Assembly (NCBI RefSeq): GCF_947568905.1
Contig: NC_079166.1
Span: forward strand, 54,002,001-54,066,000
Length of the DNA: 64,000 nt
Reading direction: 5' to 3'
Source: Ostrea edulis
Lineage: Eukaryota
The translations under genes and the position numbers were made by a program. A model generated the notes under the pieces. It ran no database searches. It saw only the letters and a program-made list of their open reading frames with translations, and was not told where the DNA came from. This document shows, one piece after another, positions 44,915-60,546 of the stretch; the stretch's first letter is position 1, and each line of letters starts with the position of its first letter.

Positions 44915-47900
44915 ATATCAATATTGAAAGATATGTTGGTATGTAATATGTAAATATGTCAAAAAGGCAAGAATATACAATTTCGGATTAATATGTGTAA
45001 ATCATGATTTTCAAAAATGTATTCCAATAAAAATGAACAATAGGCTCTGGTGGATTTGAACACGAGATCTGCGGGCCAGTATCCCTATACTTTATCCACT
45101 GGGCTGAGATGATTGACAAACAAATCGATCAATACATATAATTGCACGCAAAAACATTTGAATTAACATCTTGTGACGTCGTGTCATAAACAGTTTAAGG
45201 CTTGGTGTTATGAACCACCTTAGCAATAAACAAAACAATTGAAATTGTTTAAATTTCCTTTCGTTGTACATTGAAAATCTTATTGTTGATAAAAGAGTCA
45301 GTCAGTCAAGTGCAGTTTTTAAATTTCAAGTATTATATATTTCAACTAAAGGTGCGATACATTCCCCTCAAAATGTTGGCTGTATCCAAAGCATAAATAA
45401 ACATGAGCTGGTATTGAATTGTATGCAGTTTAATGTTGGATGAATGCCGTTGATCGATCAGATAGTCAAAAATTATATGCTTACTACAAGTCTACACCCA
45501 GACACATGTACATGTAGCTTTGTTATCATTCAACATATCTATTGACAATGACAGTCAAAAGTATAATTTTATTTATTTTTAAAAGAATAAAGGCTGTAAC
45601 AAACACGTTCACTTCCTAAGATTTGTGCCCTCTGTAACTGTAGAGGTAAATATGTTGAACTGTTGGGATTTATTGTGACTGTAAATAGGAACTGAATAGA
45701 AATTCTTTTATTTATGAAAACAATAGAGAACATAATTTTGGAAATTGTATGCAAATACTTTACAGAAATTCTTTGATAATCTGTAGCTTTCCTTTGAAAG
45801 ATACGAATATCCATGCATATAACATTCGCTTTCAAGGTAACTGTAATAAAATTTTACGATCATTGTATCTTGTTAAAATAATATTCAATGTATACAAGTA
45901 TCGTTAAAGTGCAAAACTGAATGGGGCTTAATGACGGGCAATGATCGTATCCAAAACACACCAAAAACATGCAATGGGATTTAATAAAAACTTGGTTTGT
46001 TTACAGGTACCACTCTGGATAAATCGAATGCAGGCCAAGAATGATATACGTTAATAATAGAGAGATTAAATTCAACACAAGTAAGTTTCCATTTTGTTAT
46101 CTAAATGTTAAATTTTATACAGAACCGAGTTATGCACCAGATGTATATTCTTAGTATTTGACATTCATTTACGTTGTGGTATTTAGAAAAAGTATTTCAA
46201 AATTTTCTTTCCAAGATCCACAAAGGTAAGAATATATCAAATTAATATGGAAGTCAAATAGGAGTTTAAAGTTGTGCGAATTAATATTTAGGAACATCCT
46301 TTAAAATTGTGCAAGCATCTTCATGTAGTGTTTGTTTGATTTTGTTGCCACCATGACATAATGGGTCTGTATGGGGTCATAGAAGGTGTTTTAAAAAGTT
46401 TTCCATCGGATTATTTTAAGGAAAATGATTTTCTTTGAAAATGTTTTCACGATCACCTAGGTTGCCAAGTTTTTTTTTAAAGATTAATTATCATAGTATC
46501 AATAATCCCCAGTAGGTTTACTTTGTTCACGTCCGAACTGCTGAACCATTTTTACGTATGTGAAGAAAATACTGCAATATATTCTCTTCGAAAGGAGTTT
46601 AAAGCATGTACATATTTAAATAAGAAAAGCGAACAGTAACAAATCTCTTACCTCGATGCTCAGGAGGAGCATGCATCCCCTGTTGACCAGTTACACTCAT
46701 CTTGCGCCCTTTATCTTGGCCAGATAACGGAGTAATCCGTAGCCAAAATCAGTTTGTAAAGAAGGGCCTGACAATTGGTAAATGTATGAAACACACCAGA
46801 TACCATTCAACCTAATCACAGTTTATAGTTGCAAATAACACCATTATAATAACTATAAACAGTTGAAAACCCTATAACATCAACTTATTTATCAGTAGCC
46901 TGTCTCGTACCCTGTAACATCAACTTATTTATCAGTAGCCTGTCTCGTACCCTATAACATCAACTTATTTATCAGTAGCCTGTCTCGTTTTACAAATTCA
47001 TCAAACATAAAGCATGTTCTCACGTATTGAATCAATTGAAAAAATAAACTTCATATGATGGAAATGGTGAAATTTACAGTAGCTGTATGAAGCTGACTTG
47101 TTAGTTTGTATTGTGTAAAACATTTATGAAACAGATGGGGAAAATTCTGTCGTGTTTTATTCCGAGTTCACTGGGGCATACTAACATCGATTCGACATAT
47201 GAATAAATGTACATCACTCTCATCCATTGATGATACATGCATTAGTATATGAATACTTTTCGTAAAATGAGTAGCAAGTCATAATACATTCAAGGAAGAT
47301 TTTTTTCTTTCCTTTTTGAAATAACTTGTTTGTGTCTGTGAATAGAATTGGTTATGCTAGTGTATGAATATTACAGGATCTCGGTGACTTCAATCATACA
47401 AACCAGCTGGTGGATCAAATATACATTGTAGTTTCCTTACTTCCCTCAGTCCATGTTTCAGTTTGTTTGTCAAATTACAACTGATTGTGAAATAATGAGA
47501 GTAATACATCTAGATTATTGAAAATCGTGCAAAGGTGTATGTTTCTTTATATGTTGAAAATCGTTAATCATTATCGCTCTGATTCGCGTTTTAATTTCCT
47601 TATCACAAATTTGTAAACAGAATGTATTACAATATTAGTCATGAACAAATGCACTTAATGCCTCAACTCTGTAATTGTTTTCAATTATAAACCTTCAAGA
47701 AATACCTAAAAATTAATTTTCTAGTACAAGGTGAAAGGTGTATCTATGAATTACACAGCACAGCAATACACGTCCAGTATCATCAACGTATATAGACCAA
47801 AATACTCTTAGCATTAAGCGAAATAATTTGGATCGTATTTAAATCAAATTGAAAAGAAACACTAGAATAAGTGTGTGTTTCTTAACAAAACTTAGATATA

Positions 47901-48239
47901 CTATATACATATAGCTATTCATGTACTGGTACAATACGCATGACATAGTTGTAGAAGGATATTCATTAGAGAAAAACATAATTGAGAATGCTTTAGATTG
48001 TAATGCTATTCTATTCATCTACTCGAATTGTAGACAAGTAATAGCACATCTCGTCACCGCTTTACAATGATCACCTCAGATAACATACTTTGTTAAAATC
48101 TTATATAAATACAAACACATCATACATGTAAGACTTTATCATATAAGTGTCACATGCACATCCCTGATGTCCCTTCTATTTCCGAACAAAAAACTTTAGC
48201 GGAATAGTTTAGACATCGGACTTCAAAATGTGTGTAAAA

Positions 48240-51200
48240 ATGCCCAGGTGTGGATGTGGACATCGCTTACCTTCCGCAGACTCGGGGGCAGAGGATGAGA
48301 ACAGTGACGACGAAAATATGCCATCTTGGATAAAATTTTGGGAACAAGAAGATAGAAAATTCGTTTCAACGAGGGCCTCCAAACTTGTAGAGGATAAATT
48401 ACGAAATTGTAACAGGGTTATCATACTGGGAGAGACTGGATGTGGTAAATCTGCCATTGCTCTAAACATAGCATTAAAGTATAGGTCTCGGAAGTGGAAA
48501 GTTGTGATGGTGAAGAATATCAGAGACTGCTCCTGTGAAAGAAAACTCTGTTTTTTTCATTATCAACGATCCGATAGGAAAAACTGTATTGGACGAAAAA
48601 TCTTGTAGACAATGGTACTTGCAGAAGAATTTGCTGAACCGTTATTTTTCGACAAAAAGGCAGAATGAAAAAAAGGTCAAAACTCCAAAAGTTATTGTGA
48701 CTTGTAGGTCGAGTCTTGCTGATGAAGACGTCAGTTACTATTTCAAGCAATTTTCTCTGATCAATATGGATGAAAGGGGCTTTGAATTGGCTAAAGAGGA
48801 AAAAGAAAAGATATTAAAGAAGCATACAGATTGTTCACAATGTACCGATGCCGATGTCGATGAACTACTGAAAACTGAGAAATCATTTCCTTTAATATCT
48901 GAACTGCTTTCTGCCAGTAAAACATTTGAAGGAAATATACTTGCGTTTTACAGAGAACCTTTTGTAGAAATCAAAAAAGAAATTCTATCTTTAAAAGACA
49001 TTTCTAAAGAACAGTGTATGTGTTTGTTTATACTAAACGTGTGCGGAAATCGATTAACAAAGGAAAACTTTGAAGAGAAAGAAGATGACTACAAGCATAT
49101 TGAGAGTATTCACGATGACAGAGAGAATGGGGTAGTCAATAATGACCGAAAAAGTGAAAAGGGAAACAATGAGAAAGACATTGAGAAGTCCAACGACTGC
49201 AACGGGGAAAGAATAGACAATTATAAAAATGACAACAAAAATGATAACGAGGATGGCAAGAACAATAATGATAACTATGAACTCGATAAACAGATGATAA
49301 ATGACTTATTGAAAGCTTTCAAGCTTCCTGAAAGCACATCCAAAAGAACTCTCTTCGAAAGTTTAAATCAGTTTAGAGGTCATTACTTCGTGAAACGAAT
49401 TAAAGATATTTTTCAAATCACAAATGGTTCTTTTCTGCGAGCATTGACTCATATATTTTGTACAAGCTTTCCAGCGCAATTCTTAAAATACTGCCCAAGT
49501 AATTTTTTTCGTACTTTGACAACATCAACTGCACAGTCGGATATCATTCCAAAAGTCCAATTACAAGATAATTATATCAATTTATTTGTGGATATAATTC
49601 AGGAAGATATAAAGACTGGCACATTTTTGGATGTTTTTCTGAGTCCTTGGATCCGGGATAAAAGCGTCTTGACCAATCTGCTTTTGCGATTCGAATCAAT
49701 GCCATATGAAAAGATGATTGAGTTGACTCTCAACTCCAAATTAAATGCTCATCTGAAGATTGCAAAGCCCAAGGTACGAAAACAAATGACTGGCTTTTCT
49801 CGACTGGATTTGATTGGACTAAGTAAGGAAGTATCTCCAATAATTCTGTCACTTGTATTAAACCTGGATGACCTTTATCACGCCATGTTCACTTTGATAA
49901 GAAATAATGCAAATGGATCTAAATACTTGAATAATGCCCCTCTAATGAGTGCATGTTGTGTCAACGGACGAGAAGATCTTGCTAGGCTAGTTTTAGATAT
50001 TGCAAATGACAGAAAAAGATGCTGGAGTAAACGAGAAAATATCTACCCCATGCACATTGCTGCCAACTTCCTCAACACTGACATTTTAGACCTTGCTTTA
50101 GTTGGAGAGCATGATGTGAACATGACTACACGAACCATGGAATCACCTTTTTTCTTGGCAGCAGCAGCCGGAAAATACGCCCTCCAAAATATCCCCTGGA
50201 CTCTCAAGCAAGAATTGAGCAACTCCACTAAAACTTACGATGAATTGGTCGAGGAGAACCGTTTAAAGATCCTTACTCTTCTTTGGCAGAGAGGTGCAGA
50301 TGTAAATATTCATCCAGATAAATCATCGTCTGCCCTTGCATATGCCTGTCAAAAAGGAGATATAGATACAATCCAGTTTATGATTAAGAGTGGTGCGAGT
50401 GTGAAAGAAACTAATGATGAAAACTTTGGCGCACTACATTTTGCTTCAGAAGTAGGAAATATTGAAATTGTTCAGCTGTTGTTGTGCAGTGGTGCAGATA
50501 TCAATATCTGTACCTCAAAGGGTTTGACGCCGTTATATCTAGCATCATTCAATGGACATGCTGATGTAGTGGATATGTTTCTTTCTAAAGGAACCACCCA
50601 AGTATTGAAGGATAAATCAGAATGTAATCCATTCTTCGTAGCCTGCAAGCATGGTCATGAAAGGATTGTCGAAATGTTTTTAGAATATGATCCGTTCGTG
50701 CATTGCAAATTGCCTGATAACACTTCAGCTTTATTGGCGGCTGTTGATAATGGACACAAGGAAATTGTTGAATTGCTTCTAAAAAAAATGGCGCTGATGC
50801 AAATATTGTTCAAAACAATAGTAAAATAAGCCCTTTATATTCTGCTTCCGGTTCTGGATATGATGGTATTTTGGAATTATTACTAAAACCCAGTGAGAGT
50901 GTCGACATGGAAACGATGAATGCGAATATTCCATTGGATATTGCATCACAAAATGGTCACCATTCTATCGTTCAGACATTACTTGAAAATGGAGCAAATG
51001 TCAATCACTACACTTTAGAAAGGAAATCTCCATTGTTCCATGCAACTGAGAATGGTCATTATGATATAGTGATGTTTCTATTGCAAAAGAAAGCAGAACT
51101 GAATTCCTGCACAAACAAAGGAAGAAATCCATTGATGCAAGCTTCATCTTGTGGATATGAAAATATAGTTCGCGAACTTCTGAGTCATGGAGCTAATGTA

Positions 51201-52760
51201 AATGAAGCTGATGTCGAGGGAAGTACAGCACTTTATTTGGCCTCCGAAAATGGCCACATTGATATTGCAAAAGTGTTGTTGGCAAACAAAGCAGATGCTA
51301 GTCTGTGCAATGACGTTGGACTTACCCCACTGTATATTGCATCTCGATTTGGACATCATATAATTGTTCAAGAACTTTTGCAAAAGGATACCAAAATTTG
51401 TGGTACGTCCTCGAAAAACCCCCTACTAGCAGCGTCGTATTTTGGACATTACAAAACTGTTGACATTCTTTTGCAAAACAGGGCAAATGTTAACGTACAA
51501 AATGACGACGGAGATACTCCTTTGATAACCGCGTCCAGAAAGGGATGGTGTGAAATCGTGAAAATTCTTCTGAAGTTTGAAGCTGATGTCAATCTTTATA
51601 ATGAAGATGATGAAAATGCTTTACACTGCGCTTGTTTTATGGGTCATACAGACATTGTTAAGATATTACTCGATCATGGTATGGATATCGATGGTCATGA
51701 CGAATACACACCATTGCAGCAAGCTTTATTTGGGGAGCGTATGACTACTGCTTTGTTTCTGTTAGATCATGTCGCAAATGCGAACATTGTCACCTATGGT
51801 ACAAGTGCTCTTTATTTGGCATGTGATGCCGGATTCAAGGAACTGATGAATATTCTTTTGGAACTAAATGCAGACGTCAATCCAAAGAACCCTGATAATT
51901 CCCCTGCAGATTCTCCTCTTTTGGCTGCCATCAGAAATGGATCTTTTTACATTACAAAAGAACTTTTACGTCATGGGGCCAATATCATAAAAACGAACAG
52001 ACATGGCGGCCAAAGTTTGTTAGCGATGGCTGTTGAGAACCAAAATCTTGGGATAGTGAAGTTACTCATTGAATATGGCGCTAATGTCAACGAACAAGAT
52101 GAATATGGAACCACAGCTCTGCATGCAAGCGTTTATTATACAGACACTCTAGATTTCATGACAATATTATTGAACAACAATGCCAATACGAATGTCAGGA
52201 ACTATATTGGAACAACTCCATTAATGATGGCACTGCACAAAAATCCTGAGACGAAGGAACGAGTGCAGGCTCTCCTTACTCACGGAGCTGACATTAATGC
52301 CCGTGATAACTTTGGGTGTTTACCACTACACTCTGCTTGTAAATGGCCCGATGAACATGATGTTATTCCATATCTACTAAATAATGGCGCTGACATAAAT
52401 GCTCAGGATGAAAATGGAGAAACTGCACTTTATGTGACATCCTTTTATGGCTTTCTTGAGAATGTGAAAACACTTGTTCGATACGGAGCAGACATTAACC
52501 TTCACACGAGCGTTGGTCTCAGTCCACTTGATATTTCCATGCAAAACGGATATACAGATATCGAAAAATTTCTCAAACAAAATATGAACGAAGAGAAGAA
52601 TAAAAGGGAAAAGAAAATATCTTCCAAATTGGAAAACAACAGTGTTTCTGTTTCACAAAGAGAGGTTGTTTTGGTTAGACAGAATGCTTTAGCGCCAGTT
52701 CTTGGAAGGAGAAACAACTCTATGAAACTTCAGAAGACATGGCAGCAAAGAAATTTTTAG
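48240..52760 (+). pseudogene. Paralogue B, copy 2 (same two frameshifts)
   Basis: ORFs 48228-48608, 48535-50829 and 50871-52760. Same 8-bp deletion and A8 run as copy 1. Confidence 0.85.
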
Positions 52761-55700
52761 TGCACTTCTGTCGTCTTCAATTTTTTATATCGAACATTGA
52801 ATTGATTTAATGGTATTCTATGTCCATCTTGAAAAACCTGCACAATCATTGATTGGTTTAAAAGAGACGCCAGAATACATTAGACTGGTTCATAAGTGAA
52901 TAATTTTTTAATTCATAACATATAGTGTTTATGAATTGTTTTATAAATTTATATTTTGTATAGATTCTTTCTCACAATATTATACTACATATGAATGATA
53001 CCGTTTTTGAAAATTTTTCTCTCAACAGGGGATAATTATGTCGCAATTTCTATGGTCTTTATACAGATCTAGTTCGTCAATACAGCCTATCTTCGGGTCA
53101 AATGCTGTCTGACGTGTTTCATACCGATTGTGAGACCGTTCTTGGTACACTGATTAAATTAACTTTAATCATTAATTACGGATTATCCCGTTTGGGTGTG
53201 ACCGGTCGACAGAGGATACTTACTCCTTCTAGGCACTTGATCCCACATCTGTTGTGTCCAGGGGCCCGTGTTTACCCAACTCTCTAATTTGAATTGTTTA
53301 TAATTTCTTAATTTTGTATTCTTTATAAGAATTAAGAGATTTGTCACTGTTCGTTATCTTCACTTTTTCTTTAATCATATTTGGTTAGAGTTACAACTTT
53401 GGTTGGAAAAAATGCATTTGAATCAGAAACGTAATTGAAGCCCTAGACATTTCAAACAATATTCTATCGTGAAGCGATATGGACCGTATTATTATTTAAA
53501 GTATACAAATTACTTTAATGTAGCTAAATTAGTTTTTTATCCACTTTCCCATAACTACATGCTTGAAAACATTTGCATGAAAAAGAAAAAAGTGAGAAGA
53601 TTATTCAAAAAGCAAATACAGTGGAAACCCATTCATTCATTTGCCACTCGACAAGATGTTAGGCACCTATAAATAGCCTCATGCACATGAGGGGAGTCCC
53701 AATATAAAGTATATAACTCAGACGAAACTATTCAAATCTAGGTTTGAAAGAGTGACTTACGACATGGTACTGTAGTAACAAAATACACAGGTTTACACAG
53801 GTAGAATCACCGATGATCCTCTGAAATGGACACGTGACTGTAACTGGACTCATCTTCTGAATTTGCAATTACAAATGGCCCTTTGACAGTTGTTTGTGAG
53901 CAGTGATTAAAACCTAAATAATTCTGGTTTTAAGATGTGGAATAATCTATGACATATGGAATATTATCATAAATACATATGTGCGCAAATTTAACAGTGT
54001 TTTTACAAAGTGGACAAAATTTGTCGAAATTCGGACCATACAACTTGAACTAAAACTGTACTCTTCTTCTATTTTTCGTATCCTTGTGTACGTTTCGGAA
54101 TTTGCCAGTACATGCGGATATGTAATAGCCGTTATAACTGTGGCCAAATGGTGAAAGTGATGGGAAAAAGATAACAGATATCAAATAAATGAAATAAATC
54201 TATTTTCAAAAACAAGTATAAGTTAAAGTGAGACAATACACTAGTATGTTGTAGAACTATCAACATCCATGTAAAATAGATTAGAGCACTATTAAATGTT
54301 TTTATCACTTTAACCTCGATGTTCATCTGAAATATTTTCCTTAACATCATTTTCTCCTTAATATAGCCATGGACTTTTTCAGGCAGTTGCAAATGATGAA
54401 ATATATATGTTCCAGATCCCTGGATGATCGTGATCACTTTGTACATATTTAATTCTGCCTGGCCTCGTGTTAACGACAATTCCTAATACATGTAACCGTT
54501 TACGCGGTCCACTCATCCAAACAATGTTTTCTGCGCATTTAGTGAAAATAATTCAATACTGGAAGGAAAACGGTGAAATGACTGCAATATATACAGTAAT
54601 TATTTTTTCTTCGAAAACTTTCCTCTCCTTGGAGTACAGTCTGTACTTTGATTAAATCTAGATATCCACTTGAGTGAGTTTTGACTCAATTCTTCACGAT
54701 GTATTCATTATAACAACTAGATGAAAATCACAACCTAACAATATTGCATAGAGGAAGGAGTTTTTTAATGCACGTGAATTGAATGAACGCTATCTTTATT
54801 TCAAATGAATTGAAGAACAAATTTTGAATAATTGCGTGCATTAGGCCTAATTATGTTATATTGATTGATATCATATGGAAGTCACTTGGGGCTACAAATT
54901 AAACGTTCCTTGTGTAATATAAATGATCTCTTTCCGTATTGAAAATTAGATAATGATTTTGCGAATGCAATTGTAATCCGTCATGCCATTAAATGACCAA
55001 CGGTCGTTCAAATTTCAAAATTTAGACTCAGTATTGCGAATGTATTTATGATGGTAGTTTTTATCCAATGCTACAATTTAAGAGCAAGATTATGAATACA
55101 CATCGTTTCTTCTCGTCAAACGCGATAATCGAAATCGAAAACATAATGCACTATATGAATGCAGGGGCGGATACAAGAATTTTTGAAAGGGCGTTTCTAC
55201 CTTAATTTTGGTTTTCAAACGGGGGGGGGGGGGGTTTCAACCCTCAAAATGCGTAATTTAAAAAAGAAAACTCCCCCTTTTTAAAGCTAAAACCGGAACT
55301 CTCCTATGGATCCGCAACATGTGAGATATTTACATATATTAAGTATCTCACAAGTGGTCATCTTAAAAGCTTACAGAAAGTAGAAATTAACTATTCAGAA
55401 CGACTTGTGAGGGTGACCGATGGGGAAATAACATATTTTTTGATAATTATTGGTTCTGTATAAAAACAATTTCATTCTAGAATGAGGGTATGTACATAAG
55501 ATATATACAAGCTATCCACACTTCAAGTGCCTGTGGATAAATATGGGCCTAGTCAGAACTATCATAAGTATAACACAACATCTACACAATTTTTGTTGAT
55601 CATGTTGAAAACTAATCGCAACTTCTCAGTTTGACGGAAAGGGCAGAGAATGTGTGATTGGTTGTATGATGTTGCCTCGCTTCGTTCTGGAAATTTCCAT

Positions 55701-56199
55701 AAGGCTGATTCAAAACTGAAATCACGGATTAAAGCAACGAACAGGTATCTTCAACAATTATCAAAACTTCTATCTTCTAAAAGATCAAAATCAAGCATCG
55801 ATAAACAACGAAGAGAAAAGAAAACTCGCTTGGATCCGCCACTTTACTCTCATTTTTGCTATTTCGGGGTAGTTTGCAAAAGTAGGTTTTTAATAAATTT
55901 TACGAACCAATTTACTAACCAATTTACTAACCAATTAAAATTTTATTATAGTTTACAGACTTCATCTCACATATGAAACAATATTATGTAACTGTGGAGT
56001 AAGCGTTTCGGAGTACATTGGCAAAATGTGTTAATTCAGAAGTATAAATACATGTGTGTTTTAATGACTGACATTTTCTCAGATTGTAAGTTATGGATCC
56101 GAGGTCTTCTTTTTTGATTAATGCAATCATTTCATTCCCAAAGGAAATGAACAAATCGATGCGATATTGATCTTTATCGGGAGCTAATTATATAATCAT

Positions 56200-56268
<69 letters not shown>

Positions 56269-58781
56269 TCATTGTGTATTTTGCGAGGTTTTTCCTATAC
56301 GTAATATTCTGTCTTTTTTAAGTATCTCTGGACGAATTTTAAAATAGAGTTGTAGCGCAATATACATGTATATAAAGCAGTGTTCAACAAAGAATAATGT
56401 ACTCTGGGTTTTTTTTAATTCGTGTTGCTTCCTCTAAGCATTAAGCATCGCTTGTTAATGCATATTATCTATAAAATATATACGGTACCCATTCTTAACC
56501 GTTTCTATCATTCGTAATGCCATAACAATAGCATAATGAATGTTAAGCATAACTAAGTAGTTACCGGACACTCTTTCGTCTCCACTGTAACGTGGTAACT
56601 AATCTGTAACGTACATAATCACTTACCAATCATTGAAAACAAACTCTCAATTCACACTATATATAAAGTCCGATAGATTAAGTTTAAGCTGGGTTAATAC
56701 CACTAGTATATAACGATCTTTGTACAGCGCACGTATTACGACACATAGCACTGCTAATAACATCTTAACCTTTTTCTGTAAAAGTTCCTTTCAATATGAT
56801 ATCATTTCTCCTAGGCAGACTTCTTCACAAGTAAACATCATCAGCATTTTTTTTCTGAGATCTCCAGATAACGTTGCACACACTGCACTATTGATAACGT
56901 TTATTATGACCCGGGATAGGTTTATAGTATTTTTAATTTTGTGCATGTCTTTTTTTATTTTGTAAAATATTCTAAGGAGTGGGTTTTTTTGTTTGTGAGG
57001 TTTTTTTTTTGGGGGGGGGGGGTTGTTTGTTTGTTTGGTTTTGTTTTGTTTTGTTTTTTTTGGTTTTGTTGTTGTTGTTGTTGTTTTTTTCCTTCACAGC
57101 CAGTAGGTGCTCTCAGGTAGAAGGGGACAGTTTCGCACTAAAACTATAGGCCCGATCAACTTCCTTATACGAAGGAAATGCACCATATTTAAAGTAATAT
57201 TACAAATGTGTAAAAATGTATAGAATAATCTTAGGATACATGTCAAATGTAGCTGAGTGCTTAATGAAAATGTTGATATGCAACATGTAGGTGTCACCAT
57301 GATTCCTATATATATATATGGGTGTAAATACGAAACCAAGACCGTGTCTAAATCCCCTCGCTCAGTACCGTGATGGTATGTGGGTGGTGCGGATTAGCTC
57401 AAATGAGAGAAAATCAAAGCGAGAAAGAGGTACCTGCTCAGAACATGTTTAGTGCACCAGCGCCAGTATGTATAAATTACATGTAATTTAGGATCATGAT
57501 TTATTAACTATACCAATATGAATTACAACTATTGACATAAAAGGGAACTATGATTTTTCATTATTCTGTCATAATCTGACTTTCATGTATACCTCCTACC
57601 CACCATTCTCTATCCAGAGTTCCGTGTGCTACTCGCATTATACGGTGTGAGTGAAACTCGTACAACACGCCCTCTGGTGAGAGAATGCCTACCCACATGT
57701 TTCAGAACCAAAACACTGACCCCTGGCACCTCACACAGTATCAGTAATATAGATACATCGTTCATCATGCACTGTGCACTAGACAGTAGTATCAGGGCTC
57801 ATTGTGGAGTGTTTTGAGGGTTGGGAAAAAGATCAGTGTATTTATTATCTGCATCCTACATACGTCGCTATCTTGCATACACGTGGGTCAGGGTGGGAGT
57901 AAAGATTTTTCACACGTGACAACCTTTGCATCTTCATCTATATTTGCAACTCGGACCTCGTCAGCTGCGGGGACTTATAGAAATCGCGAAATGGCATTGT
58001 ACACTGATATATATACAATAACGTAAATAATCATAGTAACTATAGTATTATATATTATTACTACAGTAACTTGATCCGAAGAGTCGGATCACGTCGAGTT
58101 GACAGGCGCGGATCATCAGATCACACGAGACGCTAGTAGTAATGATAAATTTATTATATACCCCCTTGTGCATTTTAAATCCACATTTATAAGATAATTA
58201 ATGTAATCCAAATTATAAAAAACACAGACATACCATGAAATTATGTTTTGTATACGCAGGTTCGTTTGTGACGAGTTCAACATTTTCCACAAATAACGTT
58301 GCGTTGTTGCATTGTGACGTCATTGTGACGGCATCAGTTTCAGAGGATACTGATACGGAATCGGAAAACCGGATCACACGCTGTGAAATCCACAGTATCA
58401 GAGAACAATACATTGATGGGTATATAATAAATTGAATGATCGGGATGTACTGTAAGTGGGTGTGCCGACCTGTCTGAACTACGTGTCTGTATCAAACATA
58501 CAAAGCTAAGGTTCACATGGACTTGGGGAGGAAATGGCATAGGCAACACATTGACGAGGAGAGATATTGAAACGAAATAAAGCTGAAAACCTCATGAAAA
58601 CATGAAAAGACACAATTTTGAAAATGATGTCTACATTACTAATATCCGAGACGTAATGACGTCTACATTACTAGTATCCAAGACGTAATGACGTCTACAT
58701 TACTAGTATCCGAGACGTAATAACGTCTACAATACTAGTCAATCGTAACTACTCGGCTATTTCCGTAACCGCAAATGAACT

Positions 58782-59358
58782 TAGTCTCGTGCAACCAGAC
58801 GCTCTGCTTTTTCCGTAAATATCCGAAGAGCAGAGAGTCTGGTAAAGATACGCGATAACGTTTGTAACGTCAGATCGAGGCTTACCAAAATTTCGGTATT
58901 TAATTTGATTGGTTGATTCAACACACCTTCAAAATAACGACTACCGAAGAAATTTGTAATATATTGAATTTGCCGTTTAAGCTTAAGGATTTACAACTAG
59001 AGTGGTTATAAAAACTTTTGCAAAAGGAAAGGATTTATGCTGTTCTACCGACGGGAAATGGTAAAACCGTTTTATCAAAATTACTTTAGGAGGCAAAAGT
59101 GAAAGTACAATTTCCAGCTGACAAAGAGCGTAATTTCTTTTTATTGGACTTATAGTTATGATTTTCCCATTTGTATCACTAATGAAGGATCAACTAAATA
59201 GCGTCAAATTTCGGAATTGACTGTTTATGTCAGAGAGAATCCAACGGAAACTAAATTAGCGCTCCCTAGCGGTAACAGTTATTATCGCGTGTCTTTACCA
59301 GACTCTCTGCTCGTCGGAGATTTACGGAGACAGCCGAGTGTCTGGTTGAACGAGACTA
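58782..59358 (+). mobile_element. AcademH-like relic, copy 3
   Basis: Same TIRs, TSD and RecQ motifs as 1207-1783. Confidence 0.8.
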
Positions 59359-60546
59359 CAAATGAACCTCGTATGTGGATCGACGCCATCAGAGTTGGTT
59401 GCTACGTATACGTAAACGTAACTTTGACGCCACAGTCGTACGTTACACTATGAAACGTGAACTTTCAAAAGCATCTAAGATATTATACACATCTAAGGTA
59501 TTGTACCACTATCAATTTCCACTTACATGTTATGTATTAGAGTGAATAAGACGTTAATGATACCAAAACTGAATCTCTGGTGAAAATATAAATAACATAC
59601 TAGTCAGGGATTCGGTTCTGGCCTTTTAACACTCATCCACGGGCGCGCTTCCGGCGAAGAAATGCATCAATTTGATGCAATTCTTGCGCCGATCTACGTC
59701 CGCGTCTTCTTGCCGGTTACGGAAAATGACGAGCGCGTGATCCGATTGCATTATTAGTATCCGAGACGTAATGGTGTCTGCATTACTAGTATCCGAGACG
59801 TAATGGTGTCTGCATTACTAGTATCCGAGACGTAATGGCGTCTGCATTACTAGTATCCGAGACGTAATGACGTCTGCATTACTAGTATCCGAGACGTAAT
59901 GGTGTCTACATTATTAGTATCCGAGACGTAATGGCGTCTACATTACTAGTATCCGAGACGTAGAAATTTACAGGGATGTTTAAGATTTTGAAGATATATG
60001 AAAATAATAGTTGTTTGCTTGTCAAGAATAAAGAATTTTAAAGAAGTTAACTTCTACTCCAATGCCCCCCCCCCCTCCACTTTGAAAAAAGGATGCTAGG
60101 TGTCTACATGTATTATTATTTTATTTTGGTTTAAATTTCAAAATAGTTGTGATCCTCCCCAACTCCCCAAGGTGGAGCTACATCTTTGAAAGCATCGCGT
60201 ATATATCAAAATCTAAGCCGGGGTATTTTTTTTTATTTTTGATGGTATCCCACCTAGGCTATGATATCTCATTTGTGCAATGTACCCAACCTGTTCAATA
60301 GCTAAAATATTACATATAATGCAAGTAAAGTATCTACCGTGTTTACAGGAAATAATAATTGTGATGGAAAACATGCACTGGTGCGATAAAAGTTTATCAA
60401 CTAGAACTGATGGTGGTTAAGTGGGAGGGAAAACGCTTTCACACTGATAACCTTTTATTTAATTATTATTTTCAGGTGAAACTTCAAGAATCACTTTGTG
60501 GCTAGGATTGACCAGGGAATAAATATACTTCCAGGTAAATTTAGAG

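Larger units (their letters stand above)
28791..57575. repeat. ~28.8-kb tandem segmental unit, copy 2
   Basis: Collinear with copy 1. Differs by isolated SNPs (e.g. L>S and I>T in paralogue A; TKGT>TEGT and RAH>RVH in the GIY-YIG ORF) and by microsatellite or homopolymer lengths. Confidence 0.97.
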